Assembly: GCA_021325135.1 (NCBI GenBank)
Contig: JAJPHT010000035.1
Coordinates: forward strand, 1-17,903
Reading direction: 5' to 3'
Length of the DNA: 17,903 bases
Origin: Pseudomonadota bacterium
GTDB lineage: Archaea; Thermoplasmatota; SW-10-69-26; JACQPN01; JAJPHT01
The notes beneath the pieces are model-generated. The model was not told the DNA's origin. It worked only from the letters and a program-made list of their open reading frames with translations, and searched no databases. Numbering within the stretch: the first letter of the stretch is position 1; every line of letters starts with the position of its first letter. The translations under genes were made by a program, and so were the position numbers. Of the stretch, positions 7,735-15,453 are shown piece by piece.

Positions 7735-8346
7735 TCATCCGAACGCCAGGAGCAGCAGCGCGTCGTCCGGGTCCACGGTGACGTTGCGCGTCTCGGTGGT
7801 CACGACGTGGCTCGACGTGCTGAAGCTCGCGACGTCGCCGAACGCGAGGGGCGAGCCCGTGGAGTTCTGGAAGGCGAGGGCGGAGAGCACGGTGGTCTCG
7901 TCGAGGCTCACGTCGCGCGTCGTGCTGGTTGTGCGCGTCGACTGCGCGTCGACGTCGGAGACGCACCCCAGGAGCGAGGGCCCCAGGCCGCTGCCCGGCG
8001 TGCCCGCGGCGAGGAGCGCCAGCAGGTTGTCGCGGCTCATGCTCATGCGCTGGGTGAGCGCGCCGGAGTTGCTGGACGAGGTGGTGCCGTTCTGGAGGGC
8101 GGCGAGCGTCACGCCCGTGACGCCGTGGTTTTGCAGCGCGAGCCCCAGGACGAGGCTGTCTGGGCCCACGGAGAGGTCCTGCGACGACGCGCTGTCGCTC
8201 GTCTGCACGACGCTGGAGTTGGAGAGCGCCCCTGGAGGCGCGCTGCACGGCAGGGGATCGGTCGTCGAGGCCTGCGCGGGGGCGGGCCCGACCACGAGGA
8301 GGAGAGTAGAGACGGCGAGCGCGCTGAGGAGAGCGGTGCGGTTCAT
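7735..8346 (-). CDS. Secreted Ser/Thr-rich protein with internal repeats (paralog of 8467-8883)
   Basis: ATG 8346 gives MNRTALLSALAVSTLLLVVGPAPAQA. Contains LPCSAP and four repeats of about 16 aa. Confidence 0.65.
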   Translation of the reverse strand: MNRTALLSALAVSTLLLVVGPAPAQASTTDPLPCSAPPGALSNSSVVQTSDSASSQDLSVGPDSLVLGLALQNHGVTGVTLAALQNGTTSSSNSGALTQRMSMSRDNLLALLAAGTPGSGLGPSLLGCVSDVDAQSTRTTSTTRDVSLDETTVLSALAFQNSTGSPLAFGDVASFSTSSHVVTTETRNVTVDPDDALLLLAFG

Positions 8347-8466
8347 GGGATCAGCCCTCCCGCCCAGACGCCAACGCGCCAAGGCGGGCAGCCCCCGCAC
8401 GGGCTCCCCGTGCATCCCGGTGCCGCTTGTCCGATTCCGTCGTTGTTGCCCTGGCGTCGGGCCGGA

Positions 8467-8883
8467 TCAGAAGAGGCTCAGCGGCACGTCGATCCCGCCG
8501 AAGCCCGACGGGGCCGCGCGGTAGGAGACGACAGTCGTGGAGACGATGGCGCCGCCCGCGCAGCCGGGGACGACGACCTGGAGGTCGCCGCCCTCCGCGC
8601 CCAGCGCGGCGAGCGCCAGGACGCTGGTGCTGTCCAGGGGCGCGGGCTCCGTCGCCAGGGAGCCGTTCCCCAGCGCGAGCGCCAGCAGCACGTCGCGCGG
8701 CTCCAGCGAGACGACGCGCGTGGCGCCCCAGCTCGACGTCGCGGGGGCGACGAAGACGCCCACCGAGCTTGCGGGCGCGGTGCATGGAAGCGAAGTGACG
8801 ATCGACGATTGCGCGGAGGCGAGGCCGGCGCCCAGGAGGAGCCCCGATCCCGCAAGCAGGCCCAGGAGCAGCGTGCGGTTCAT
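8467..8883 (-). CDS. Secreted hypothetical protein (paralog of 7735-8346)
   Basis: ATG 8883 gives MNRTLLLGLLAGSGLLLGAGLASA. Contains LPCTAP and VSLEPRDVLLALALGN. Confidence 0.65.
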   Translation of the reverse strand: MNRTLLLGLLAGSGLLLGAGLASAQSSIVTSLPCTAPASSVGVFVAPATSSWGATRVVSLEPRDVLLALALGNGSLATEPAPLDSTSVLALAALGAEGGDLQVVVPGCAGGAIVSTTVVSYRAAPSGFGGIDVPLSLF

Positions 8884-8957
8884 GCGTCCAACTCCCCCGC
8901 CGGAGGCCCCGGCGGGTGGCGGTCCTTGGCCCTTCGCGTGCATCCCTGTGCTGGCCC

Positions 8958-9680
8958 TCAGGCGGGCGCGACGCGGCGCGCGATCCAGCTTGGCGGCTGG
9001 TACGCCCACGAGATGCTCATGGCCGAGAGGAGGCCGAGTACCACGGGAAGCGCCGCGGCGAGGCCGCCGTCGCGCAGCACGATGCTGCCGCTCCACGCCA
9101 GGGTCGAGAGCGAGATGAGCCAGATGCGGGCGCGGTGCGCGCCGCGGGGCGCCTCGCGCAGGAGCGCCAGGTAGGTCCCCGCGCCCACGACGGGCGGGAT
9201 CACGAGGAGGAGGGCCACCGCCAGGGCGCCCAGGAGCGGCGTCGCGAAGACGAGCGCCGTGCGCCAGGGCGCCACCTCCACCGCCGCGGGCGCGCTGCGC
9301 GTCACGAGGAAGAGGAGCACTGCGTAGTAGCCCGCGTAGAACGCCGCGAGGGGCGCCATGAGCCGGCGCTGCCCCGTGAGGACGAACGCCAGGTAGTACA
9401 TGAGGCCCCAGAGGCCGATGCAGACGGAGACGATCTGCATGTAGCGCAGCGCGACGAAGACGCCGAAGGGCTCCAGGCCGAACGCCGCGAGCACGTCCTC
9501 GTTGGCGCCCGCGACGGCGTAGATCGCCAGGCCGATCCACCAGACGGCGAAGAGCGTGAGGGCCTGCTGGGCGCCCGCGTCGCCCACCCGCCGTTGCAGC
9601 AGCGCGAGGCCCGTGGCGAGGAAGAGGCCCGACGCGAGGGACGCCGCGCCCGCGCTGACGAGGAGAGTGGCTTCCACCAA
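8958..9680 (-). CDS. Polytopic membrane protein (about 7 TM), possible sensor-type
   Basis: Seven hydrophobic stretches, including FAVWWIGLAIY and LWGLMYYLAFVLTG. Palindromic CGATATATCG at 9711-9720 upstream. Confidence 0.7.
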   Translation of the reverse strand: MVEATLLVSAGAASLASGLFLATGLALLQRRVGDAGAQQALTLFAVWWIGLAIYAVAGANEDVLAAFGLEPFGVFVALRYMQIVSVCIGLWGLMYYLAFVLTGQRRLMAPLAAFYAGYYAVLLFLVTRSAPAAVEVAPWRTALVFATPLLGALAVALLLVIPPVVGAGTYLALLREAPRGAHRARIWLISLSTLAWSGSIVLRDGGLAAALPVVLGLLSAMSISWAYQPPSWIARRVAPA

Positions 9681-9776
9681 GGCGGGCGACCCCGGGGCCG
9701 TCTGCCGATGCGATATATCGCCTTGTCGGGCCGCCGGGGCGCGCCCGGCCTCCGCGATGCCCCAGGGTGGCCCAGC

Positions 9777-9785
9777 TTTTTTATA
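9777..9785 (+). promoter_or_regulatory. TATA box for lpdA
   Basis: TTTTTTATA about 30 nt upstream of ATG 9815 in otherwise very GC-rich DNA. Confidence 0.65.
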
Positions 9786-9814
9786 GCCCCTCCCTGTCCC
9801 GAGTTGGAGTCCCC

Positions 9815-11224
9815 ATGGCCACCACGATGAGCACCGAGGTCCTCGTGATCGGAGCGGGCCCTGGAGGGTACGTCGCCGCCATCCGCGCCGCGCAGCTGGG
9901 CAAGAAGGTCCTCTGCGTCGAGAAGGAGAAGCTGGGCGGCGTGTGCCTCAACGTGGGCTGCATCCCCAGCAAGGCGCTCATCCACGCGGCGAAGGAGTGG
10001 CGCACGCTGCACACGGAGGCCGCCGAGATCGGCATCGAGGTGCAGGGCGCGCGGCTGGACTTCAAGAAGACGCAGGAGTGGAAGCGCGGCGTCACCACCG
10101 GCCTCACCAACGGCATCGGCCAGCTCTTCAAGGCCAACAAGGTGGACTCCCTCTTCGGGACCGCGACGTTCACCGGGCCCAACGCGGTCTCCGTGAAGAC
10201 CGCCAGCGGCGACGTCTCCGTCACGTTCCAGCACTGCATCGTGGCCACCGGCAGCCGGCCCATCCAGATCCCGGGCTTCGCCTTCGATGGCCAGAAGGTC
10301 GTCGACAGCACGGGCGCCCTGGACTTCGAGACGGTGCCCCGCGAGCTGGTCGTCATCGGCGGCGGCTTCATCGGCCTGGAGATCGGCGCCGCCTACGCCG
10401 CGCTGGGCAGCAAGGTCACGGTCGTCGAGATGATGGACCAGATCCTCCCCGGCCAGGACGCCGAGATCGTCCGCATCGTCGAGCGCCGCCTCAAGAAGGA
10501 CGACGTCGCGGTCTTCACCAAGGCCAAGGCGAAGGCGTTCGGCGGCTCGCACGTCACCATCGAGGTGGACGGCAAGGAGCAGGCCATCGCCGCGGACAAG
10601 GTCCTCGTGGCCGTGGGCCGCCGACCCAACACCGACTCGCTGGCGCTGGACAAGGCCGGCGTCAAGGTGGGCGAGAAGGGGCTCATCCCCATCAACGACA
10701 AGGCGCAGACCAACGTGCCCCACATCTACGCCATCGGCGACATCACCGCCGGCCCCGCCCTCGCGCACAAGGCCAGCAGGGAGGGCCTCGTCGCGGCGGC
10801 GCACCTCGCGGGCGACAAGGGCGCGGCGCTGGACTACAAGGCGCTCCCGTGGGCCGTCTTCGTCGAGCCCGAGATCGCCACCGTGGGCCTGACCGAGGAG
10901 CAGGCGAAGGCCAAGGGCTTCGACCCCGTCGTCGCCAAGTTCCCCTACGCTGCGCTGGGCCGCGCCAAGAGCACCAACGCCACCGAGGGCTTCGTGAAGA
11001 TCGTCGCGGACAAGAAGACCGATCTCCTCCTGGGCGTCCACGTCGTGGGAGCCGAGGCCTCGAACATCATCGCCGAAGCGGCCCTCGCCATCGAGATGGG
11101 CGCCACCGCCAAGGACCTCGCGCTGACCATCCACACGCACCCCACGTTCCCCGAGGCCATCATGGAGGCCGCGGAGGGCGTGCACGGGAAGATGATCCAC
11201 GCGGCGAACCGCGGAACGAAGTAA
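9815..11224 (+). CDS. lpdA: Dihydrolipoyl dehydrogenase (E3)
   Basis: GAGPGGYVAA FAD motif, redox disulfide GGVCLNVGCIPSK, ATGS, GGGFIGLE, YAIGD, LAHKAS, and C-terminal HPTFPE. Confidence 0.96.
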   Translation: MATTMSTEVLVIGAGPGGYVAAIRAAQLGKKVLCVEKEKLGGVCLNVGCIPSKALIHAAKEWRTLHTEAAEIGIEVQGARLDFKKTQEWKRGVTTGLTNGIGQLFKANKVDSLFGTATFTGPNAVSVKTASGDVSVTFQHCIVATGSRPIQIPGFAFDGQKVVDSTGALDFETVPRELVVIGGGFIGLEIGAAYAALGSKVTVVEMMDQILPGQDAEIVRIVERRLKKDDVAVFTKAKAKAFGGSHVTIEVDGKEQAIAADKVLVAVGRRPNTDSLALDKAGVKVGEKGLIPINDKAQTNVPHIYAIGDITAGPALAHKASREGLVAAAHLAGDKGAALDYKALPWAVFVEPEIATVGLTEEQAKAKGFDPVVAKFPYAALGRAKSTNATEGFVKIVADKKTDLLLGVHVVGAEASNIIAEAALAIEMGATAKDLALTIHTHPTFPEAIMEAAEGVHGKMIHAANRGTK

Positions 11225-11291
11225 CGCGGTGAGCCGCGTGGAGCACGCGACGCCTCCGCAGAGGCGGCGCTGGTGATCCACGCGACGAACC
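11193..11291. repeat. Direct and inverted copies of the lpdA 3' end
   Basis: 11193-11213 has an inverted copy at 11225-11245 (18/21) and a direct copy at 11274-11291 (17/18). Hairpin CGCCTC-CGCA-GAGGCG at 11251-11266. Confidence 0.8.
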
Positions 11292-11313
11292 TCCCGCCTC
11301 GGGCGGGGCGCAG

Positions 11314-11541
11314 CTAAAGCAGATCGTCAAGCTCCTCGCGCGTCAGCCCCGCTTGGCGCAGGATGGAGACCAGCGTTCCGGGCGCGATGTCCGCGTGGTT
11401 GGGCACGATCACGACGCGGACCCTCCCGCCGCGCTCGCCGTTGAGGCGGACGTGGCTGCCGCGTTGGGCCACGACCTCGAATCCGGCCTTGCGGAGCGCG
11501 CGGATGACCTTACGCGCGGACAGGGCGGGAAGCTTCGCCAT
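11314..11541 (-). CDS. hicA: HicA family toxin (mRNA interferase)
   Basis: ATG 11541: MAKLPALSARKVIRALRKAGFEVVAQRGSHVRL...VIVPNHADIAPGTLVSILRQAGL, including the GSH catalytic motif. Confidence 0.92.
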   Translation of the reverse strand: MAKLPALSARKVIRALRKAGFEVVAQRGSHVRLNGERGGRVRVVIVPNHADIAPGTLVSILRQAGLTREELDDLL

Positions 11542-11737
11542 CGCCAGCCTCGAACTTGCGGAAGATGGGCTTCGTGCGCGGGACCGACGCGTGAGGGTCC
11601 TCAAGGAAAAGCTCGACGGCCTCCTTCAGGTTCTTCAGCGCGGACGCCGAGGTGCGCCCCTGGCTCGCCACGTCGATCTCGGGGCACCACGCGACGAACC
11701 AGCGCCCCTCCTTCCGGATGACGGCCGAGAACTCCAC
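11510..11737 (-). CDS. hicB: Short HicB family antitoxin
   Basis: GTG 11737: MEFSAVIRKEGRWFVAWCPEIDVASQGRTSASALKNLKEAVELFLED. It is the tail of track ORF 11510..13381 and overlaps the hicA start. Confidence 0.88.
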   Translation of the reverse strand: MEFSAVIRKEGRWFVAWCPEIDVASQGRTSASALKNLKEAVELFLEDPHASVPRTKPIFRKFEAGDGEASRPVRA

Positions 11738-11797
11738 GTCCGGACTGAGGCGCGGCGTCGCATGAACTTTATCCCCGGGGCCTTGGATCCGCTCGCG

Positions 11798-12139
11798 ATG
11801 GGCTCCGCGCGCGCCCTGGAGTCGTGGGGCAAGCACGGCCGCTTCAGCTACCGCGGCTCCGTGGAGCTGGGCACGCGCATCGTGCTGGGGCGCGGCGAGG
11901 GCGTCACGCTGGAGGCGGACGTGTACCGCGCGCTCCTCGCGCACTTCGACCGCCGCACCGTGCCCATCGGGGCGTCGCGCAACCCGCCACGCGACAGCCT
12001 GGGCGGCTGGCTGCGGTCGCGCGCGGGGGCCATCGTGCTCGCGGCCTACGTGGGGCCCATCCTGGTGCGCGAAGGGTACGCGCGGCGCGTGGGCGAGTCC
12101 GAGATCCGCATCGACGCCGCGCCGGCGCAACGTCTTTGA
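11798..12139 (+). CDS. Hypothetical protein (113 aa)
   Basis: ATG 11798, 26 nt after TTTAT (11768-11772). Globular-looking sequence: FSYRGSVELGT...SLGGWL...AAYVGPILVREGYA. Confidence 0.65.
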   Translation: MGSARALESWGKHGRFSYRGSVELGTRIVLGRGEGVTLEADVYRALLAHFDRRTVPIGASRNPPRDSLGGWLRSRAGAIVLAAYVGPILVREGYARRVGESEIRIDAAPAQRL

Positions 12140-12163
12140 CCGCGCGCCGGGGTGCGACGCCCG

Positions 12164-13366
12164 ATGGCGGACGCCGGGCTCCTGCTGGACCTGGTGAGCC
12201 GCTACGGCTACGCCCTCGTGTTCCTCCTGGGCGTCGGCGAGGCGCTCCCCCTCGTGGGCATCCTCGTGCCGGGCCACGCGACGCTGCTCCTGGCGGGCGT
12301 CGCCGCGGCGGCGGGCCTCCTGGACGTGCGCCTCGTCATCGCGGTCGCCTTCGCAGCAGGTATCGTGGGCGACGCCATCGGCTTCTGGCTCTCGCGGCGC
12401 CACGGCCAGGCGTTCCTCGACCGCCACGGCGCGAAGCTGCGCATCCGGCCCGCCCACGTCGCCAGGAGCAACGCCGTGTTCGAGCGGTACGGCCCCTTCG
12501 CGCTGGTGGTCGTGCGCTTCAGCTTCGTCGCGCGCGGCATGGGCCCCTTCCTTGCGGGCCTGAGCGCCATGCGCTGGCGCACCTTCTGGCTCTACAACGT
12601 GGTGGGGGCCGTCCTCTGGAGCGTCGCCAACGCGCTGGGCGGCTACTTCTTCGGCCTCGCGTTCCTGGAGGCGCAGGCGCTCTTCGGCCGCGTCCTTGCG
12701 TCCACGCTCCTCGCCGCGGCGGGCATCTACGCGCTCTATCGGGTGCTGCGCCGCTTCGCGCCCGCGTTCACGCGCCTCGACCTCGCCGTCGCGGTGGCCG
12801 GCGCGGGGGCTGCGGCGCTCTTCGGAGCCATCGCGGACCGCGCGGGCCGCCCGGGGCTCGACGACCCGCTCGACCGGCACGCGGACGCCCTCCAGGCCGC
12901 GCTGGCCCCCTTGGCGCCCCTCGCGCCGGCCACGCACGCCTCCGTCCTGGGCCTGGCGGCGCTCGCGCTGGCCGCGGGGCTCCTGGCGCGGCGCCGCCGG
13001 TGGGAGGCGGCCCTGGTGACGGTGGGCGTGGGCGGCGCCCTCGCGCTGGCGCTGGGGCTCCACCCCTTGTTCACGGGCCTCCCGCAGGGCGCCGGGTTCC
13101 CCAGCGCGCGTGCGGCCGCCTCCACGGCGCTGGCGGGCGTGGCGGCCTACCTTGTGGCCGAGCGCGCGCGGCGCGTGGGGCCCGCGCTGGCGGCCACGGG
13201 CGCGGGGCTCCTCCTCGTCGCCGCGGCCTCGGCGGCGGACCTGGCGCGCGGGGGCGCGCTTCCCACCAGCGTCGCGGCGGGGCTCGCGCTGGGCGCGGCG
13301 TGGCTGTGCGTGAGCCTGCTCCTCGTGGAGTTCGGGATCAAGCGGCCGCGACCGAAAAGTCCCTGA
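12164..13366 (+). CDS. DedA family membrane protein fused to a degenerate PAP2-like domain
   Basis: DedA motifs: E...GILVPG, GDAIGFWLSRRHG, RF...R...AGLSAM...F..YNVVGA..W. The C-terminal TM region has GFPSARA and LPTSVAAG, which are PAP2-like remnants. Confidence 0.85.
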   Translation: MADAGLLLDLVSRYGYALVFLLGVGEALPLVGILVPGHATLLLAGVAAAAGLLDVRLVIAVAFAAGIVGDAIGFWLSRRHGQAFLDRHGAKLRIRPAHVARSNAVFERYGPFALVVVRFSFVARGMGPFLAGLSAMRWRTFWLYNVVGAVLWSVANALGGYFFGLAFLEAQALFGRVLASTLLAAAGIYALYRVLRRFAPAFTRLDLAVAVAGAGAAALFGAIADRAGRPGLDDPLDRHADALQAALAPLAPLAPATHASVLGLAALALAAGLLARRRRWEAALVTVGVGGALALALGLHPLFTGLPQGAGFPSARAAASTALAGVAAYLVAERARRVGPALAATGAGLLLVAAASAADLARGGALPTSVAAGLALGAAWLCVSLLLVEFGIKRPRPKSP

Positions 13367-13389
13367 GGCGGCGCGGCCCATGGAGCGGC

Positions 13390-14286
13390 GTGCAGGGCGT
13401 CTTCGACCTCGTCGGGAATACGCCGCTCGTCGAGATCATTCGCCTCAACCCGCACCGCGCGAGGGGCGTGCGCATCGCGGCCAAGCTGGAGTCGCGCAAC
13501 CCTGGCGGCAGCGTGAAGGACCGGCCAGCGCGCGGCATCCTCCTCGACGCCGAGGCGCGGGGCATCCTCCCCGGGCGCGCGCTCCTGGACGCCACCAGCG
13601 GCAACACCGGCATTGCCTACGCGATGCTCTGCGCGGCGCGCGGCTACGAGTGCCACCTGGTGCTCCCCGCCAACGCGAGCAAGGAGCGGCTGGCCATCCT
13701 GCGCGCCTACGGCGCGACGCTGCACCTCACCGACCCCCTGGAGGGGCAGGACGGCGCCATCGACCGCGCGCACGAGATGGCCAAGGAGGCGCCTGCCCGC
13801 TTCTGGCACGCCGACCAGTACGCGAACCCGGCGAACTCCCTCGCGCACTTCGCCACCACGGGGCCCGAGGTCTGGCGCCAGACGGAGGGCGCGGTCACGC
13901 ACTTCGTCGCGGGGCTGGGCACCACGGGCACGCTCATGGGCACCGCGCGCTTCCTCCGCGAGAAGCGCCCCTCCATCGCCATCGCGGCGGTGGAGCCCTC
14001 GGGCCCCTTCCACGGCATCGAGGGGCTCAAGCACCTGGCCACGAGCCACGTTCCCCCCATCTTCGTCGAGAAGGAGGCCGGGCTCCGCCTGGCGGTCGCC
14101 ACCGAGGAGGCGCAGCGGCTCACGCGGGCGCTGGCGCGGGAGGAAGGGCTCCTGGTCGGGGGCTCCTCGGGCGCCGCGCTGGCGGGCGCGCTCCGGGTCG
14201 CCGCGGAGGCGCCCCCCGGCTCGCTGGTCGTGACCGTCTTCCCGGACGGCGGCGAGCGCTATCTCTCCACCGGGCTGCTTGGGTGA
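13390..14286 (+). CDS. PLP-dependent cysteine synthase family protein (CysM-like)
   Basis: GTG 13390 preceded by GGAG. Motifs: VGNTPLV, KLESRNPGGSVKDR (PLP Lys), ATSGNTG, QYANPAN, GLGTTGT, EEGLLVGGSSGA, FPDGGERYLS. Confidence 0.93.
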   Translation: MQGVFDLVGNTPLVEIIRLNPHRARGVRIAAKLESRNPGGSVKDRPARGILLDAEARGILPGRALLDATSGNTGIAYAMLCAARGYECHLVLPANASKERLAILRAYGATLHLTDPLEGQDGAIDRAHEMAKEAPARFWHADQYANPANSLAHFATTGPEVWRQTEGAVTHFVAGLGTTGTLMGTARFLREKRPSIAIAAVEPSGPFHGIEGLKHLATSHVPPIFVEKEAGLRLAVATEEAQRLTRALAREEGLLVGGSSGAALAGALRVAAEAPPGSLVVTVFPDGGERYLSTGLLG

Positions 14287-14392
14287 CCGCGGCCGCGGCT
14301 CCTTCCGCTATTTGAAGCAGGCCCCCACTGCCGAATGCGCTCTGCGGCCCTCGCGAGCGAGATAACCATCCCGCCGCGTTACGTACCCGCAG

Positions 14393-14704
14393 GTGAAGTG
14401 GTTGGGCATCACCCGTTGGAACCCCGAATCGCGCGCTGGAGCCGTCGCCATCACGCCTCGCCGCCCGCACGACGCGAAGGCCATTGGCGCGGTCGCGGAC
14501 GCGCTCCGGGACTGGGCCGAGTACCAGAACCTCGCCGGCGAGTCCGACGTGGTCGAGTCGAGCCCCATCCGCGGCACCTACGACTGGCGCTCCTACCTCC
14601 ACGAGGAGGCCGCGGCGGCCAGGCAGCGCGCCGAGCGCGAGCGGCCGGCCAAGAAGCCCGCCCCCGCCCAGCCCACCGCCGCCCCCCGCGTGTTCTACGC
14701 CTGA
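14393..14704 (+). CDS. Small hypothetical protein ending in VFYA
   Basis: 103-aa ORF with good codon usage in its 3' two-thirds, converging on the mntR-like gene; start uncertain. Confidence 0.55.
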   Translation: MKWLGITRWNPESRAGAVAITPRRPHDAKAIGAVADALRDWAEYQNLAGESDVVESSPIRGTYDWRSYLHEEAAAARQRAERERPAKKPAPAQPTAAPRVFYA

Positions 14705-14711
14705 GCGGCTG

Positions 14712-15176
14712 CTATCGTTTTTCCAGCTTCGCCCACCACTCCGGGTGGGCCTGTGCGTAGGCCACGAGGTCGGCCACGCGCGCGAGCGTCTGCGCGTCCA
14801 GGTGGTGCTCGATGCCCTCCGTGGCCTTGTGCGCGGTCGCCTCGTCCACGCCCAGGAGGCGCAGGAAGCTCGTGAGGATGCCGTGGCGCTCGCGGAGGCG
14901 CTTCGCAAGCTCGGTGCCCGCGTCGGTCAGCGCGATGCCGCGGTAGCGCTCGTAGACGACCAGCCCCTCCTCCGCCATGCGCTGCACCATCTTGGTCGCA
15001 GTGGGCGAGGAGACGTGCAGGTGCGCGCCGATGTCGATGATGCGCGCGTACCCCTTCTCCAGGATCAGCTCGTAGACGACCTCGATGTAGTCCTCGACGC
15101 GCGGCGTGGGGCCGGACGGGCTCGTGGCGTGGGCCCGCTTCAGGGCGCGCAGCCGGTCCGCGTCGCGCGTCGTCAC
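14712..15176 (-). CDS. mntR: MntR/DtxR family metal-dependent transcriptional regulator (short form, no FeoA domain)
   Basis: VEDYIEVVYEL...GYARIIDIGAHLHVSSPTATKMVQRM...YERYRGIALT...RHGILTSFL...ATEGIEHHL. Confidence 0.9.
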   Translation of the reverse strand: MTTRDADRLRALKRAHATSPSGPTPRVEDYIEVVYELILEKGYARIIDIGAHLHVSSPTATKMVQRMAEEGLVVYERYRGIALTDAGTELAKRLRERHGILTSFLRLLGVDEATAHKATEGIEHHLDAQTLARVADLVAYAQAHPEWWAKLEKR

Positions 15177-15227
15177 GATCGGAGAGGAGAGGGGCCGTCA
15201 CAAAAAGGCGCCGCTTTGGGGTCCGGT

Positions 15228-15359
15228 GGTGGGCTGCGCCGCCTGACGCGGGGGGAACATGGGCAGCGCAGCCCGCCGGAGCTTGGGGGTTCGCACCCCG
15301 CAACCTGCGCGCGAAGCCTGCGAAGGGGGAGTCGGGAGCAGGCCTCTCGCGAACGCGCA
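15228..15359. repeat. Cluster of GC-rich palindromes (REP-like or structured RNA)
   Basis: GGTGGGCTGCGCCGCC...GGCAGCGCAGCCCGCC; GGGGTTCGCACCCC; GCGCGCGAAGCCTGC...GCAGGC...GCGCA. Confidence 0.5.
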
Positions 15360-15453
15360 CTCGCCTGCCTGGTGGATCAAATCCGCGCCGCCGCATCCGC
15401 CCGATTGCTGCCAGGTCCGCAAGGATCAAGCCCGCGGGGCCCGCCTTCCCGCC

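Noticed and set aside
15321-15340. AAGGGGGAGTC as part of a yybP-ykoY manganese riboswitch near mntR
   Set aside because: Only a partial motif match, on the strand opposite to mntR and upstream of its apparent promoter.
15410-15431. GCCAGGTCCGCAAGGATCAAGC resembles SRP RNA helix 8
   Set aside because: The conserved AGCA side of the loop is absent. The segment sits where the JAMM gene promoter is expected, about 24 nt upstream of GTG 15454.
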